From positions 4,216,001 through 4,280,000 of the forward strand of contig OX597824.1 of assembly GCA_951406725.2 (NCBI GenBank): a stretch of DNA of 64,000 nt. The letters run 5' to 3'. The DNA comes from Octopus vulgaris (taxonomy: Eukaryota). Made by a program: the position numbers and the translations under genes. Positions 27,245 through 40,395 of the stretch are shown here, piece after piece. The notes beneath the pieces were generated by a model. That model was not told the DNA's origin and did no database searches. It saw only the letters and a list, made by a program, of their open reading frames with translations. How positions within the stretch are numbered: position 1 is the first letter of the stretch; the number at the start of each line of letters is the position of its first letter.

Positions 27245-27388
27245 TTTGGCGTTAGGAAGGGCATCCAGCTGTAGAATCATTGCCAGATCAGATTGGGGCC
27301 TGGTGCGGCCTCCTGGCCAGTCCTCAGCCAAACCGTCCAGAATGGAAAACGGACGTTAAACGATGATGATGATGATGATGATGATGAT
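27245..27388 (+). mobile_element. SINE family C 3' fragment
   Basis: 'ttggcgttaggaagggcatccagctgtagaa...ggacgttaaacgatgatgat'. Confidence 0.85.
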
Positions 27389-27433
27389 ACTTATATTGCA
27401 GTCCTTCCACATGTTTATGTTTTAAAGAATTAC

Positions 27434-27561
27434 CTTAATGTTTGTCCCAAACCATGAAAAATGGAAAAAAAAAAAAGAAAAAACAAGATAATGCTAATAA
27501 TAGCATGACGCTGGGGATATTCATGTAAAAGAAAAAAATGGCAAGAATATTGAAATATCAT
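27434..27561 (-). CDS. candidate first coding exon with signal-peptide-like segment, MIFQ...HAIISIILFFLFFFSIFHGLGQTL(R)
   Basis: In-frame ATG at 27561 and strong donor AAG|gtaatt; phase 2 is compatible with exon 23641-23698. The hydrophobicity partly reflects a poly-T run. Confidence 0.3.
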
Positions 27562-27582
27562 GAGGACTGCTGTTGCCACCAA

Positions 27583-27612
<30 letters not shown>

Positions 27613-27614
<2 letters not shown>

Positions 27615-28789
27615 AAACAAAGGAATAACTCCAAAGATGAAACAATGATTCTGTAGTCAAGAGACAGACAAGATTGTACACTGGATATAAGTTTCTCAAC
27701 TTAGGATCATTGGAGATTATCAGTCTTTCGACTAATCTTATCTCAAAGTCATCCCAACCATCCACAACACTCTGCATCTTTAGCACAGTCTGCACTCCAG
27801 TCACAAGCAGCGTTTTTTGCTGTTCTAACTCTTGATTTCTCTCAAGTTATTCAAAATTCCATCCTCTTTTACCAGTCATCCACCCCAGACTCTTAGCCAG
27901 ATTTTCTTTCAGTCTATCCATAAACGGTGCCTCCCTCGCAGTAGCTCTGAGCATATCTTTATTGCTAAAGTCTTTTCAGTTTTCTGCTGTATTCACACTG
28001 CCAGTTACTTCAGTACTGAAGTAATTTCACAACTCCCTTTCAAAGTGATTCTTTAATGTATATTCGAATAACTCACAAAAAAGAATCGATTGTATTTGAT
28101 GTTATTCAAACAAAACTTCAAATTTTTAATTAATTAGTCAGAAAGAAGAGGATTGGTCAGATCCAAATTCTTTGATGTTCTGCGATACTTAGGTAGGGAT
28201 AAATGGACAAGATTAATGTGATTAATATTCAGTGTGAAATCTTGGTGGATGATGGGAAATACAGATGACTAGGGTTTCACGATACAATTCTACAGAAGAT
28301 GGTTTTGACAAATATTTAATAAAAAGGTTGGAGAGTTTGTGAAACATTCTAAGAGTGATGAGATATCTGAATCACAGTTGAACCTTCTTAGAACCAACCA
28401 AGTTATAGGATGGAAAGTAAGAGCTGTAGTGTCCATGCTCTTTTAAGGGGTTCCAGTGATGTCAATAAATAAAAAAAGGAAAACAATTGCCATTGAAATT
28501 CAAAGTGGGGTAATCAAACAGCCTCACCCATTACTCATGAGGCATCGATTTAATCAATGTTTTAGGCAGAGGGACCTTTCACACCTTTTCTATCAATTGC
28601 AAGTTTTTAAAAAGAATGTGTGGAGCTTTCCAGATTTGACAAAGACATTTTATGGTAAAAATTATTGGCACCGTTGTTGAGCAGCAGAGTCACAATCAAC
28701 TATTCTAAAGCAGACTACCTGTAAAACAAAGGAATAACTCCAAAGATGAAACAATGATTCAAAATGTAGTCAAGAGACAGACAAGATTG
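27613..28789. repeat. 64-bp near-identical direct repeat (27613-27676 and 28722-28789)
   Basis: taaaacaaaggaataactccaaagatgaaacaatgattc[aaaa]tgtagtcaagagacagacaagattg; the copies differ only by a 4-nt insertion. Confidence 0.95.
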
Positions 28790-28794
28790 ATGAC

Positions 28795-29150
28795 ATCGTT
28801 GTCGTCGTCTAATGTCCGTTTTCCATGCTAGCATTGGTTGGACAGTTCGACCGGTGTCCGAGAAGCCAGGAGGCTGTGCCAGGCTCCAGTCTGATCTGGC
28901 AGTGTTTCTACAGCCAGATGCCCTTCCTAACACCAACCACTCTGTGAGTGTAGTGGGTGCTTTTCACATGCTACTGGCACAGGGGCCAGAGGAGGCTGGC
29001 AAACGGCCACGATTAGTTGGTGCTTTTTACATGTCACTGACACGGATGCCAGTCAGGCGGCACTGGCATCAGCCACGTTCGGATGGTGCTTTTTACATGC
29101 CACCGGCACGGGTATCTTAACTACAATTTCCATTTGATTTTTGATATGTA
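28795..29150 (-). mobile_element. SINE family C
   Basis: Reverse complement of 55110-55458, with three internal 'ggtgctttttacatg' units. Confidence 0.88.
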
Positions 29151-29379
29151 AGTACAAATATTTTTCAGATTCAGCTTATGCAAATTCTAGTTGTGATGTT
29201 GTCATTGTTATTGTTAGAGTGGTGCTGTCCTAGATTTTAAGAACTAAATCAAAAATATTTGCCATGACAAGATGCTGATTATGGGAAGATTTAGGTGCTA
29301 AATGGAGCAAGTAAGCTGACTACATAAAACCCTCTCACTTATTTGTGTTAGATGATATATTCTGAAAATGAAGGCCAGT

Positions 29380-29780
29380 AGGTGAAAGGAAATTATTAAA
29401 GCTTTCATAGATGTAATTGACAATGTTTTAAAAGGTATTTGGTTGCATCGGATGCTAAAAGCCGATGGCATTCAGTCATGAAATTGGAAAAGGATTAGGA
29501 ACACTTTGACGAATGAGTTTGTTGTTTTTTAATAATAAAACCTGATAGTGTTTGATGATAAAGCTTTTGTTTTAATAATGAAAGTTAGTTCCATATCATG
29601 AGAGATTAGAAGTGTTATTTGCTTTTAGAGAAAAGTTAGTAAAATTTGATGGTTAAAGATAATTGCATTTTGATGATAGCAACTAGCAGCATATTGCAGT
29701 AGAGTCTGTTTAGAGGGCTCTTGAAAAGATTGGTTGTATTTTGAAAAATTGGTGGCTACCAGCATACTACAGCAGAGGTT
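29380..29780 (+). mobile_element. highly degraded LINE RT fragment
   Basis: IKAFIDVIDNVLKGIWLHRMLKADGIQ weakly resembles the RT 'AFIDLxKAFDxVWHxGLLxKLxxxGI' region; many stops. Confidence 0.3.
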
Positions 29781-30774
29781 GACCGTCATTTGAGAAAGGA
29801 AGCCAGTAAGATTTAACAGCCACAATAAGTTACAACTTGTTCCTTAGTAATATCATAAAAACAAAAAAAAACATGACCATCACTCACAAGAGAATATGTT
29901 CAGGTAGCATTATGATGTTTTCACTAATACTTTTAGGTGCCTGGGTATTCATGAGCAGTCATAGGCACCCTTTCAACCATTCCAGCAGAGTGTGGCAGCT
30001 GGAAGAGAAGAGGGTTGCACCCACACTAGGCTGATATTCAGCTGAGTAGGCAACATGAGACAACATGGAATAAAGTGTCTTGCTCAAGGATACATGGTGC
30101 CTGGTCTAGAGATTGAACCCACAACCTTATGATTATGCCCCAACACCTTAACCATTAGGTTATGCACTTTCATTCATGTTTTACTGACAAAGAGCTCGTT
30201 GTGTATTTTAATGGTGGATGGCTGTTAATTGGCAAAGGTGTAAACGTACATTTAGTTGTTGTGAGAGGTCAGTTGCAATCAATGACCAATGACTGGTGGT
30301 GTTTTGTGATCATATTAACCAGCTTCATCAAAATATTCTTGCAAAGTAGAGACGTTTGGAAACAAGCAGCATTTCTGTTCCAAGGTCATTTGGTGATAAC
30401 AATCAGAATAGAGTAGCAACTCCATCCACACCCGAAGCATGATAATCACTGAGGCAGGATTATGTAAAACAATAATGCCATTACATATGGGGAAAGATTT
30501 AAATTAAACGAGGAGAAAACACTGGAAAATGACTGAGCAGCTGGTGGTGGTGGTGGTGGTGGTGGTGGTGGTGGTGGTGGTGGTGGTGGCGTTGGTGGCG
30601 GCGTTGGTGGAGATGTTTGATGAGACAGAAAACGAATGGAATAAATATTTGATTTTGTTTGCTTATTAACAATTTTAGCTGATAATTGCTTGAGTAATTG
30701 AGAATAACATAATTTTCCTCCATTGTTCAACATGGTTTGTAAACATAATCAGAATGTAAAGAAATATGTAGCTA

Positions 30775-30886
30775 TGTATGCATGTCAATGTGAGCGTGTG
30801 TATGCATGTCAATGTGTGTGTGTGTATGCATGTCAATGTGTGTGTATGCATGTCAATGTGTGTGTGTGTATGCATGTCAATGTGTA
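30775..30886. repeat. minisatellite, ~5 x (tgtatgcatgtcaatgtgtgtg)
   Basis: Seen directly. Confidence 0.9.
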
Positions 30887-33092
30887 TGTGTGCATACATA
30901 TTGAGTGTGTCAGTGCTTTTGCATACACAGACACACATGTATGTGTGACTGTGTGCACATATAAATAAGGTTATTTCCTGTGTACACAAATAAACACAGA
31001 AATAGAGACATTATAGCTATCTATGTATATTTATTGTGCATATGTATGTATATGCATTTATGAGCATGCATGATGGCTGTTATAGTTTCATTTGCTTTTG
31101 ATTGAGAATGAGGTTAGTGATGTAATCTCTAAAGATGGATTTTTGTGGATTTTTACATTTCTCACACACACACACACACACACACAAGCTTCTATTTTGC
31201 TTTCCAGTGTTGGCATTGTCTTACGATTTCAAGGCTTTTAGAAGCAATTCCATCAAATGCTTTGTTACACTTCTATAAAAGAAAATCCTTTCCCCCCTTT
31301 TTTTCCTAACTGTTCAGCTGTTTGTACAAAAATGGATTTACAGCTAAAAGTAGCAGAAGGAGATAGAATGGAGATAAAAAAATACTTTATTCTTGCATCA
31401 ATGAATATATATGGATTTCTTTTGACTAGGTACAAGGCTAGATGCTATTATTGTGAAGGGAGTTGTCATCTTTGATTGAATTAATCCCTGGATATTACTT
31501 ATGCTTCTTTTATTGGTGATAAATCTGGATAATTGAAGAAAGGGAAATCTGAACATTGTGAAATTTGAATTTGAAATGACTGAAGCATCAAAAAAGTTTA
31601 ATTTGGCCGTTCCTTGAAATTTGATGGTTTATGTGAAAACTTGAAGAAAGTAGCCTTGGTCTATGCTGGAATTTGAAGAAATCTATGCTAGAACCCGAAA
31701 AATAGTATTGATGGTCTGGACAAGAATCTGAAGAATGTATTAAGGATCTGTGCCAAAATTTGAAAAAAGAATTATTGGTTTGTGATAGTGTGGAAGAAGT
31801 GAGTTAATAAATTTGGAAGAAGAACCATCACCAAAAGTTAAGAACTAATGGAACCATAACTTAACTCATTTTACAAATTCTATTATATTTTTGTATAATG
31901 AAACAACCTTGTCTTTAGAAAACAGAGTGTGTTATATTCTTGCTGAAGCAAAGCCAAATAATCAGATATGAAATAGGTGTGGAGGCACTGACCCTGCCTC
32001 CACAAACAATGCACAAGGGAAAAATAATTGACTTTGAGATTTATAATGCCTCATAATAGTGCTTGTCATTAAAGTTGAACACAGAGCCTCATTAAATTTG
32101 ATTTTCGCTTTTTTAATCTAAGAAATAAGGGTCATCATTATGGCGCCTATTACAACATTCTGAATTGCTGAGTTATGATAACTGGATGAAGGGGTTTCTG
32201 AGTTTGATATTTTGAGTTGCTAGGAGTTGCATCTTTTATTTTAAATAATTGTGTCTGAGTAAATAGGGTCCTCTTTGAATGTAGGGCTTTTTGGATGGCG
32301 TTTGTGCACTTAATGCTTGCTTTTATCTTTCACTGTTAGTTGTGGGAAGGAAAACATAATGAAAGAAGGAATTTCAAAGAAATGCAATTCTAAGAACAAA
32401 GAACTGAACCGAATACATTGTACCCAGTTCTCTAAGGTAGCTTGATATATATTAAGGGTGGCAGGAAGTGAGACAAATGAGGCAAGTGGGTGGATGTGAT
32501 CAGGTATGCAAAATGACATAACATTCATATAATAAATTGCAATCAGGTAATTTAGTTGCAATAAAACTACCTGCAGTATCACTTATCCTTCACAGGTAAA
32601 CTTTAACCCCAACACATTTTGTGGCAGTTTTTCTTTTCTTTTTTTATTACAGTTTGTAAATAATTGTGTTGTTGGTTACAGTTTTCTAATGGACCAATCA
32701 CAGCTCCAGTGCCTTTTTTTGGTATCAGGTGTGAAAAGGAGCACCTGTAGCTTGGTGGACTCCATTCAAAGATCACCAGCTTTTTGCTGATGCTTGCATC
32801 CTTTTCTAATATTTGGTGAAAAATCACCTCACTACATTTTTAAGACAGTTTGAATGTCTCAGTGAAATTTAAAGAAAGTTTCGTTCCTTTGTTGTTTCTG
32901 GTTTATTTATATATTAACCATTCATAATTAAGCAAAGTTCTTTTGTTTAATGGTAGCTGATGAGATGAAATGCCTCCACCCCTCCCAAAAAAAATCATCA
33001 AGGCATGATAAATATTCCATATCGTTTGTTTCACATAGATATAAAATTGTGCAATATGAAAATGGAAAATGATGAAGCCCACTACAGAAACA

Positions 33093-33134
<42 letters not shown>

Positions 33135-33140
<6 letters not shown>

Positions 33141-33362
33141 TGTGTGTGTGTCTGTTTGTGTGTCTGTTTCCCCCCCCCACCACCACCATCACTTCACAAC
33201 TGATGTTGATGTGTTTATGACTTTGTAACTTAGCAGTTCAACAAAAGATATGGATAGAACAAGTACTAGGCTTACAAAGAATGAGTCCTGGGGTCGATTT
33301 GTTTGACTAAAGGCGGTGCTCCAGCATGGCCACACTCAAATGACTGAAACAAATAAAAGAAT
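33135..33362 (+). mobile_element. SINE family B 3' half
   Basis: Matches the family body. Confidence 0.8.
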
Positions 33363-33381
33363 AGCTGTATGGTTGTGTAAA

Positions 33382-33710
33382 GGTGTGTGGCTAAGTGGTT
33401 AGGATATTCAACACATGATTGTAAGGTTGTGGGTTCGATTGCCAGTGGCACATTGTGCCCTTGAGCCAGACACTTTACTACAGGTTGCTCCAGGCCACTC
33501 AGCCAATAAAAATCAGCTGTAGCTGTAACTGAAAAGGGGCCAGCCTTGTCACATTTGGTACATTACACTGAATCTCCCTAAGAACTACATTAAGGGTTAT
33601 GTGAGTCTGTGGAGTGCTCAGCCGCTTGCTCATTCATTTCCTTGAGCAAGATGTTCTGCTGATCAAATCACCTGGAGCACTCGTCACCCTAACCGATGGA
33701 GTGCCCAGCC
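33382..33710 (+). mobile_element. tRNA-derived SINE (family D)
   Basis: A box TGGCTAAGTGG and B box GGTTCGATTGC; homologous to 1690-2010. Confidence 0.78.
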
Positions 33711-33828
33711 CCTATACAGTTGTAGTTGTGATTGTTGTTTCTGGCAGTGAGAGTTGATGGTTGCAATGGTAACAGGAAAACTATGAACACAGGAGTTTAT
33801 TTTTAGAATTGTTGCAACAATCACCATC

Positions 33829-33893
<65 letters not shown>

Positions 33894-33949
33894 GATTACT
33901 GTTACTATCATTACAACTTTCTTTCTCTCTCTTTTTCTCTCTCACTGTT

Positions 33950-33987
<38 letters not shown>

Positions 33988-34893
33988 AAAATGCCTTACT
34001 GTATATGTGCTGGTACTTTAAGCTCAGGGTTCAAAACCTACCAAGGTCAACTCTGCTCTTCATCCTCCTGGGATTGAAAAAATAAAGTACCAATCAGGTA
34101 CACAAGGGTCATCATAATCAACTACTTCCACCTCCACCCTTACCTCCACCTCCACCCCCACCTCCACCTCCACCTCCACCTCCACCTCCACCTCCATCTC
34201 CCTTCCAAAATGCTGGCCTTGTGCCTGTATTAGGAACTATGATTACAACTCCACTGCTAAAAGGAAGATGAAATTTACAAGAAAAAGAAATCGGTAAGAC
34301 TGATTATTACTCCATAAATATTTCTGTTGCTTCTTCTCCATTCTGACTTCGACTGTGAGAAGGAAAAGGAAAAGGAAACGTAAGCAACAGAGGTGGAAAT
34401 GTTAACAAATAATCCTTGGGAATTCAGAGAGAATAATGATAGCACCACCATTAATCTCCACCAACAACACCAACAACATCATCATCATCATCAGGAATAA
34501 CAAAAGCAAAATCCAAAATCATAATGTTTATCGGAAAAAAAGTAAGAAAAGAAAAAAAAAAAAACCCAAAGAAGCAAAACATAGAACACTCCTACCATCT
34601 GCAACAGGACCGAAATTGAAGATACACGAAAAATAATTTTCCAAAGTTGAAGAAATTTTTGCACTGGATTAAATACATGAAGAAGAAGAGACAAAGAAAA
34701 TGAAAAAAAAATGGAGAGAAAGAAAAAACAAGAAAAAAAACGGATGACAACAACAGTAACAGCAACAATGTAATAAACTACACCAAACATATTTGTGCTT
34801 CTTCTTCGCTCTCCATCCTCTTCTTCTGCCAAATTCAAATCCTGACTTCTAGAACTTAGAACAGACAATTTTGCTCATAGATGGAAACTTGCA

Positions 34894-34998
34894 GTAACCA
34901 TAGCGACGGTAAGATTACAACAGTTGTCTTTTATTGTTACTTCTTATTTAATAAATAAATAAATAAACATGAGATTGGTGGTGGCCATGGAGGATTGG
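34894..34998 (-). promoter_or_regulatory. candidate promoter: RFX X-box plus two CCAAT boxes
   Basis: GTAACCATAGCGAC (34894-34907) is one mismatch from the X-box consensus GTHNYYATRRNAAC. ATTGG occurs at 34974 and 34994. CpGs are locally retained in unique sequence at 34.3-34.9 kb. Confidence 0.45.
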
Positions 34999-37058
34999 TG
35001 AGGCTCAGGGAAATGCTGCTATTTTGTTTTTTAGTTACTTTGTCTTTTTGACAACCTTTTTGTCTTTATTGTTTCTCTACTTCTTGCCAAATTCTACACA
35101 CAACATTGATTTAAGCATTATTTTTAAGGCTCTCTATAAATACACACACACACCTAGAGTATATGTACATACATACATACACACACACACATATATATAT
35201 ATATGTATGTATATGCATACTTGTATGCGTGTATGCATTCATAAGACAAATAGGTATTATACACCATATATAAGTGTTATATTAAAATATATTACACACA
35301 TATGATATATATTTGTGTATCATTTGAACTCTTTACACCTTCTGTCCATATTTGTCCTTGCAAAGTAGAATATGACAGGATACTCCCACACAACCCATTT
35401 TGTCTCCTTTGCTCCTCTGTTCTGACACTGTTGAACAAGTGATGAGTTAGGTATGATTCTTTGGATGGGTAACATAAATCTGTATAAAAGGTGGAGCCGA
35501 AATGAACTGAGAAAGTGACCGGGTGTTCCAATCATTGGTCAATTTCTGGAGAAGAGAAAACTTTCTTGCAACCCTTCAGTAACCATATTACATTTCCACA
35601 TGAAACCCACTTATTCTGTGCTACAATCAATTATTTGGAAGGATTTAACCAAAATTCCCTTAAGCATTGTGAAGCTGGTGTTTGGGTTATAACTTAACAA
35701 AAGGCCATTTCTATAAAACTGCAACAGAAGGTTTTGATTTAAATAGAAACACTTAAAATGAGAGTTTTGTATCTGGCAACTGAAATGATATTAGGAAGGT
35801 TGATATCCTAAGGGATACGATTATCATCTAGAAGGAAGCTGAGGAGTGGGCAGACTCTTTAAACTCTACAATATCATCCTGGACTGTAACTGGTTTGTGA
35901 ATCAAATTGCTGATGAGCATTGGGTGAAAGATGTACAAAGCACAAAAAACTTGTAAGTTTAGCCCCAGATCAGGCCTAACAGAGCAAGCATATAATTAAG
36001 GGCCTTCAAGTCATGAACAACCTATTTTGGGGGATATTGTGTGGAATTGTACCCCCAAGGCTATGTTATCCAGTAGGTCCTTTTCTTAAGTTGATAGAGT
36101 CTCCTTTAAAGGAGATCTAACTTCTATTTCTAGCAGGTTAAGTACCTGCATAGAGGCTCCTTCCTTGGCTTGTAAAAAGAAGTTATGGGAAGAAGAGTTG
36201 AGGTTGGAATGTGAAATGCTGAGTCTCATGAATGAACCAAAAATGAATCATGTTGTGTAGAAATATGCTGCAGAGAAGATCTATCCAACACAAGAAATGA
36301 TGATGATACGTAGATATACACATTCATTTTGCCATGTATTTTCTATAATTGTACAGAAAGGATGTTGATGGTTTGTTATTATGGCAATTGCTTTTACAGC
36401 TGGATGCCCTTCCTATTGCTAATCACTCAACTGTGAAGTACTGAAGCCTCATTTTTATCGGTAATTCAGACTAAAGTAAGGAAAGTTATGTTGTTTTGCT
36501 CGGGAACACACTGCAATGGCTATAATAAGATTTAAACCTATGACCATGTCGCCAGTAGTCTAGATGCATAACCTCACAGAAATTGTGTGTAATTTAATAA
36601 TAACCAGCATATTAAAATGTAGACGGGAATCACACCTGTTCATGTAGATTCAGATGAGTGGTTGTTTTTTCATACATGCTACAGCCCTCATGCTATTAAT
36701 AAACCCATCCAAACGCTATCCAGTTGCAAAGCAATGATAGTGGATAAGGGATAGGTGTGGTGTATATTATAATAATTCTGATATTAATACCATACACAAC
36801 TCATAGTCGTCAGAGTAGAATCAACATCATACATATAATATACATATACATATTTATATATATATATATCTTTACTTAGCACTTCTTAGTCATAAAGGAA
36901 GTCCAACAGGAGGATGGTGGTAGTAGATACAGTGATGGGGCAACTGTATTGAAAGAAGAGAATATAAAACATCATTCTTCCACCCATACTGCCTCTTATA
37001 CCTGTAGAGTGTAGACACCCACACACCTATGATATGCATTCACACACAAGCATATGTG

Positions 37059-37109
<51 letters not shown>

Positions 37110-37139
37110 GTATATATATATATATTGGCATTCAACAGA

Positions 37140-38300
37140 AAATCACTGGAATGTATATTTTAAAGAACTATGGAAGGCAAGACTGATGTAGTAAATTGGT
37201 TTGCTATAGCATGGGCAAATTTTGTAGCTAAGAATGAAAACACTGACTTTTGCTTAACAATTATGCATAAACTTCACTCAAGCTGTTTTAAGTAATTGCT
37301 CCAAGAAGTCGAACCTGAGGGCAGGTAGGTGGAAAGAAGAGAGAGAGAAGGGATGGGCCAAACAACTTTTACTAAATAAAGATGTGCTGTTTGATGTAAG
37401 AAAACATAACAGAAGTATAGCAACTATATGACTTAATTAGAGAAAGGTATATGATTCTGGTCCCCAACTGTGATTACTAGTGTCACTGAATTTAACATGT
37501 GTACCTACCGTTCAGGTTGCTGCTATTGAAAAGGTCACTAATACCCCAGTCAACAATCCTCACTCTGGGAACTGAAGAGGAATGATTGTTTTTGATGTTA
37601 TCAATGAATATTTCAATAGGAATATTCCAAAGTAGCAATTTGTTGCTCTTGTATGTTTTGGTATTAAATCCTTGGCACTTTTTTTCACAAAAATTCTATG
37701 GTTATGTAACCCCAATTTAATCCATTCTTTTTTGGTGAATAATCTAGATATCTACATTAGAAACATTCCCAGTGCTGAGGAACAACTAAATTTGGTGACA
37801 TTTTTTTTTTTTCAGCTAATATTGGAATGAAATTTGGCTGAAGGAAATATTCATATTTGATAGATAAATACACTAAAACTTTTCTTCCACACCTTTATAT
37901 CAATGGTATCCCCACCTCACCTGTTCCGGATAAATACTACAAATATTTAGAGAATGGCAAAAATATCATATGAAGGAGGTATGAAGAAAAACAGGGGAAC
38001 TGAAACTCCACAAAAATACAGCAGTCAGAACCTTCCCCTCACAGAATGCATTTCATATCATTACAGTAACCGACATTTGGGATATTTGACTGGTTTGAAA
38101 GGGATACCTGTTTCATAGGTGGTATTTAAAACCCACAAGTTCTTTATACCAGCTGGGAGTGATATTGACAAACTCTATCATGAAGGAAAGAGACATAAAA
38201 GCACTGCTCAGATGTTCTTTGAGTGCCATATTCTATCAACCAGACAGCATAAGCTAAACAGCAGCAAAAGATAAATGAACAAGCAAATGCTCAAATTGGA
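37140..38300 (+). mobile_element. degenerate RLE-type (R4/Dong/NeSL-like) LINE RT region
   Basis: Ordered remnants across frames: KQLLLNK, YDSGP (AFDSVP), IGIFQS..LNPL (GIFQGDSLS..LNPL), FLVNNLDIY (FVDDLKLY), IGMKFG, YKYL and SDIDKLY. Confidence 0.7.
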
Positions 38301-39247
38301 AGAGAACTAGAAATACTGACACGGCAATTACCTGCCGTGTCAATGACCTCCAGATTTGCTGGAGTAGCATATCTCAACAAACACCTGGAAAGAAGCACTC
38401 TGCGTAACAAAACAAAAATAACTTACGTAAGGTTGGGGTTTGCATTGACTTTAAGATGATGCTAACGTTAATGGGAGCTGTCATCTCTCTTGGACTTGTG
38501 ACAATTACATCACTTTCCCCTGCATTAGGTCAATAAAATATCTACTAGAAGTACAATGGAACCCATTCAATCAACAATAATTCTTCCCTACAAATTTGTG
38601 GCTTTGTTTTTGCTAATGTGATGAAAGGAATTTGTGGCCTAATGTGATGAATGGAATTTTATAATTCAGTAAGGTACAATGGTGATGAGATCAAGCTATA
38701 TTTTAAATAAACACAAAAGCAAGACTTCAAATTTTACAAGAAATCTCTCAATTTTGCCCAGTTCACTTTATCTCCTCCCCAATTAAATAGCTGAGTGGTT
38801 AGCAGTTGTATGGGTTTGTACCATTAAAAACTATTTATCTGAAAAATGAGCCAATGAGAGAAGTTCGATATTATCACTCAAGCTGCCAGAAATAACTACG
38901 GAATCTCCTTCAAATACCATCTTTACCATCACAAAAGAGTAGGTTATGTTGGGTACAAAACATATGGATAAAAGACAGGATGGTCTCAGCTGGAATGTCT
39001 TTGATCACAGACCAGCTGGATCGAGTCTGACCAACAATATTTTTATGTGAATAACTAAATTTGCAAAATGGAACACAAAAGCTATCTCTGCCTTGTTGTC
39101 AAGGAAAGTGGATATTAAAACAAATTTTAAAAATTATGTTTGAGTAGTGTCAGATAAATGGAAGAAGAGGAAGATGATATGGCTTAAAAAGCTTAAAGGG
39201 CATCCTATAACATTTGTCTATCAAGGAAGTTGTTCACTAATACCTAC

Positions 39248-39364
39248 TGACAACTGTTCAAGGAACTTGAACTTTGCAATTTTATCTAATGCATTTAAAT
39301 CTAAGGAGAATACAGCACCAAATGTATTATTGATCCTCTCCTCAAGATCTATCAATGAATGAAG
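39248..39364 (-). CDS. candidate 117-nt symmetric exon LHSLIDLEERINNTFGAVFSLDLNALDKIAKFKFLEQLS
   Basis: ctgcag| acceptor, TCA|gtaggt donor, 39 open codons with protein-like amphipathic composition; no partner exons identified. Confidence 0.45.
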
Positions 39365-40395
39365 CTGCAGGTAATATGTATCATTGTTACGTATGTATGT
39401 ATGTATATACGTATGTATGTATATATGTATGTGTAAACATACACAATGAGACATAAATATATGTGTTTATATCTGTGTGTATGTATGAGCATGTGTGGAT
39501 ATATCTATCTATCTATATATATATATATATATATATCTATATATATATATATATATATGTGTGTGTGACATGCACACACATACACACTTATGCTTCCACA
39601 TCAATGTATCGGTTTCTTCTTACATATATTTCGCATTGTGTGACATTTCCTTCGTCAGTTGTCAAGTGGAGATTTGACAATTTTGATAACTTTAAAAGAG
39701 TACCATTCCACCCAGTATCAGAGAGTAACTTCCATATAACCCAGTTATTCTTCCCCCACCCCCTGCTGGTATCTATGCAAACCATCACACCAAACCAGGG
39801 ATACATGGGATCACTCAAACCATGCAGCAACTACATTATTTTACTACATGTTGGCCAATCGCTATGGCATTGCCTCTTCTCTCACATGACTCTATGATGT
39901 AACATTTTTGGCATCCTCTTGCCATTCTCCTGCCTAACATGTCTTGTGCCTCGGAGGGAACTTTCTAGGTGCAATCCCATGGTCATTGTAACTGAAGAGG
40001 GTCTTTTTTTTTTTCATCACGCTGTGTGGTAAGATAAATTTCAGGTGTAGGTGTACATTAAATTGTTATCACCATTTTTATTATTAAAATGGGGGGAAAG
40101 ATAAGCAATGAGTTAGGATCAAGGCAGATTGTAAATTATATCAGAAGAGTTAGTGTGGGTCTGTAGAATATAGGGGGAGGCATGGCTTTGCAGTTAAGAA
40201 GTCTGCTTCACATTCACATGTGGTTTTGAGGTCAGTCCCACAGTGCAACACCTTGCATAAGACTTGTGAGTGAATTAGTTAGATAGAAACTGTACAGAAG
40301 CCCATCATGTGTGCGTGTGTGTTCATGCATGTCTTTGCTTTAATCTCTCACCACTTGGCAGCCCATGTTAATTAGTTTGATCGACTGAACCCATA

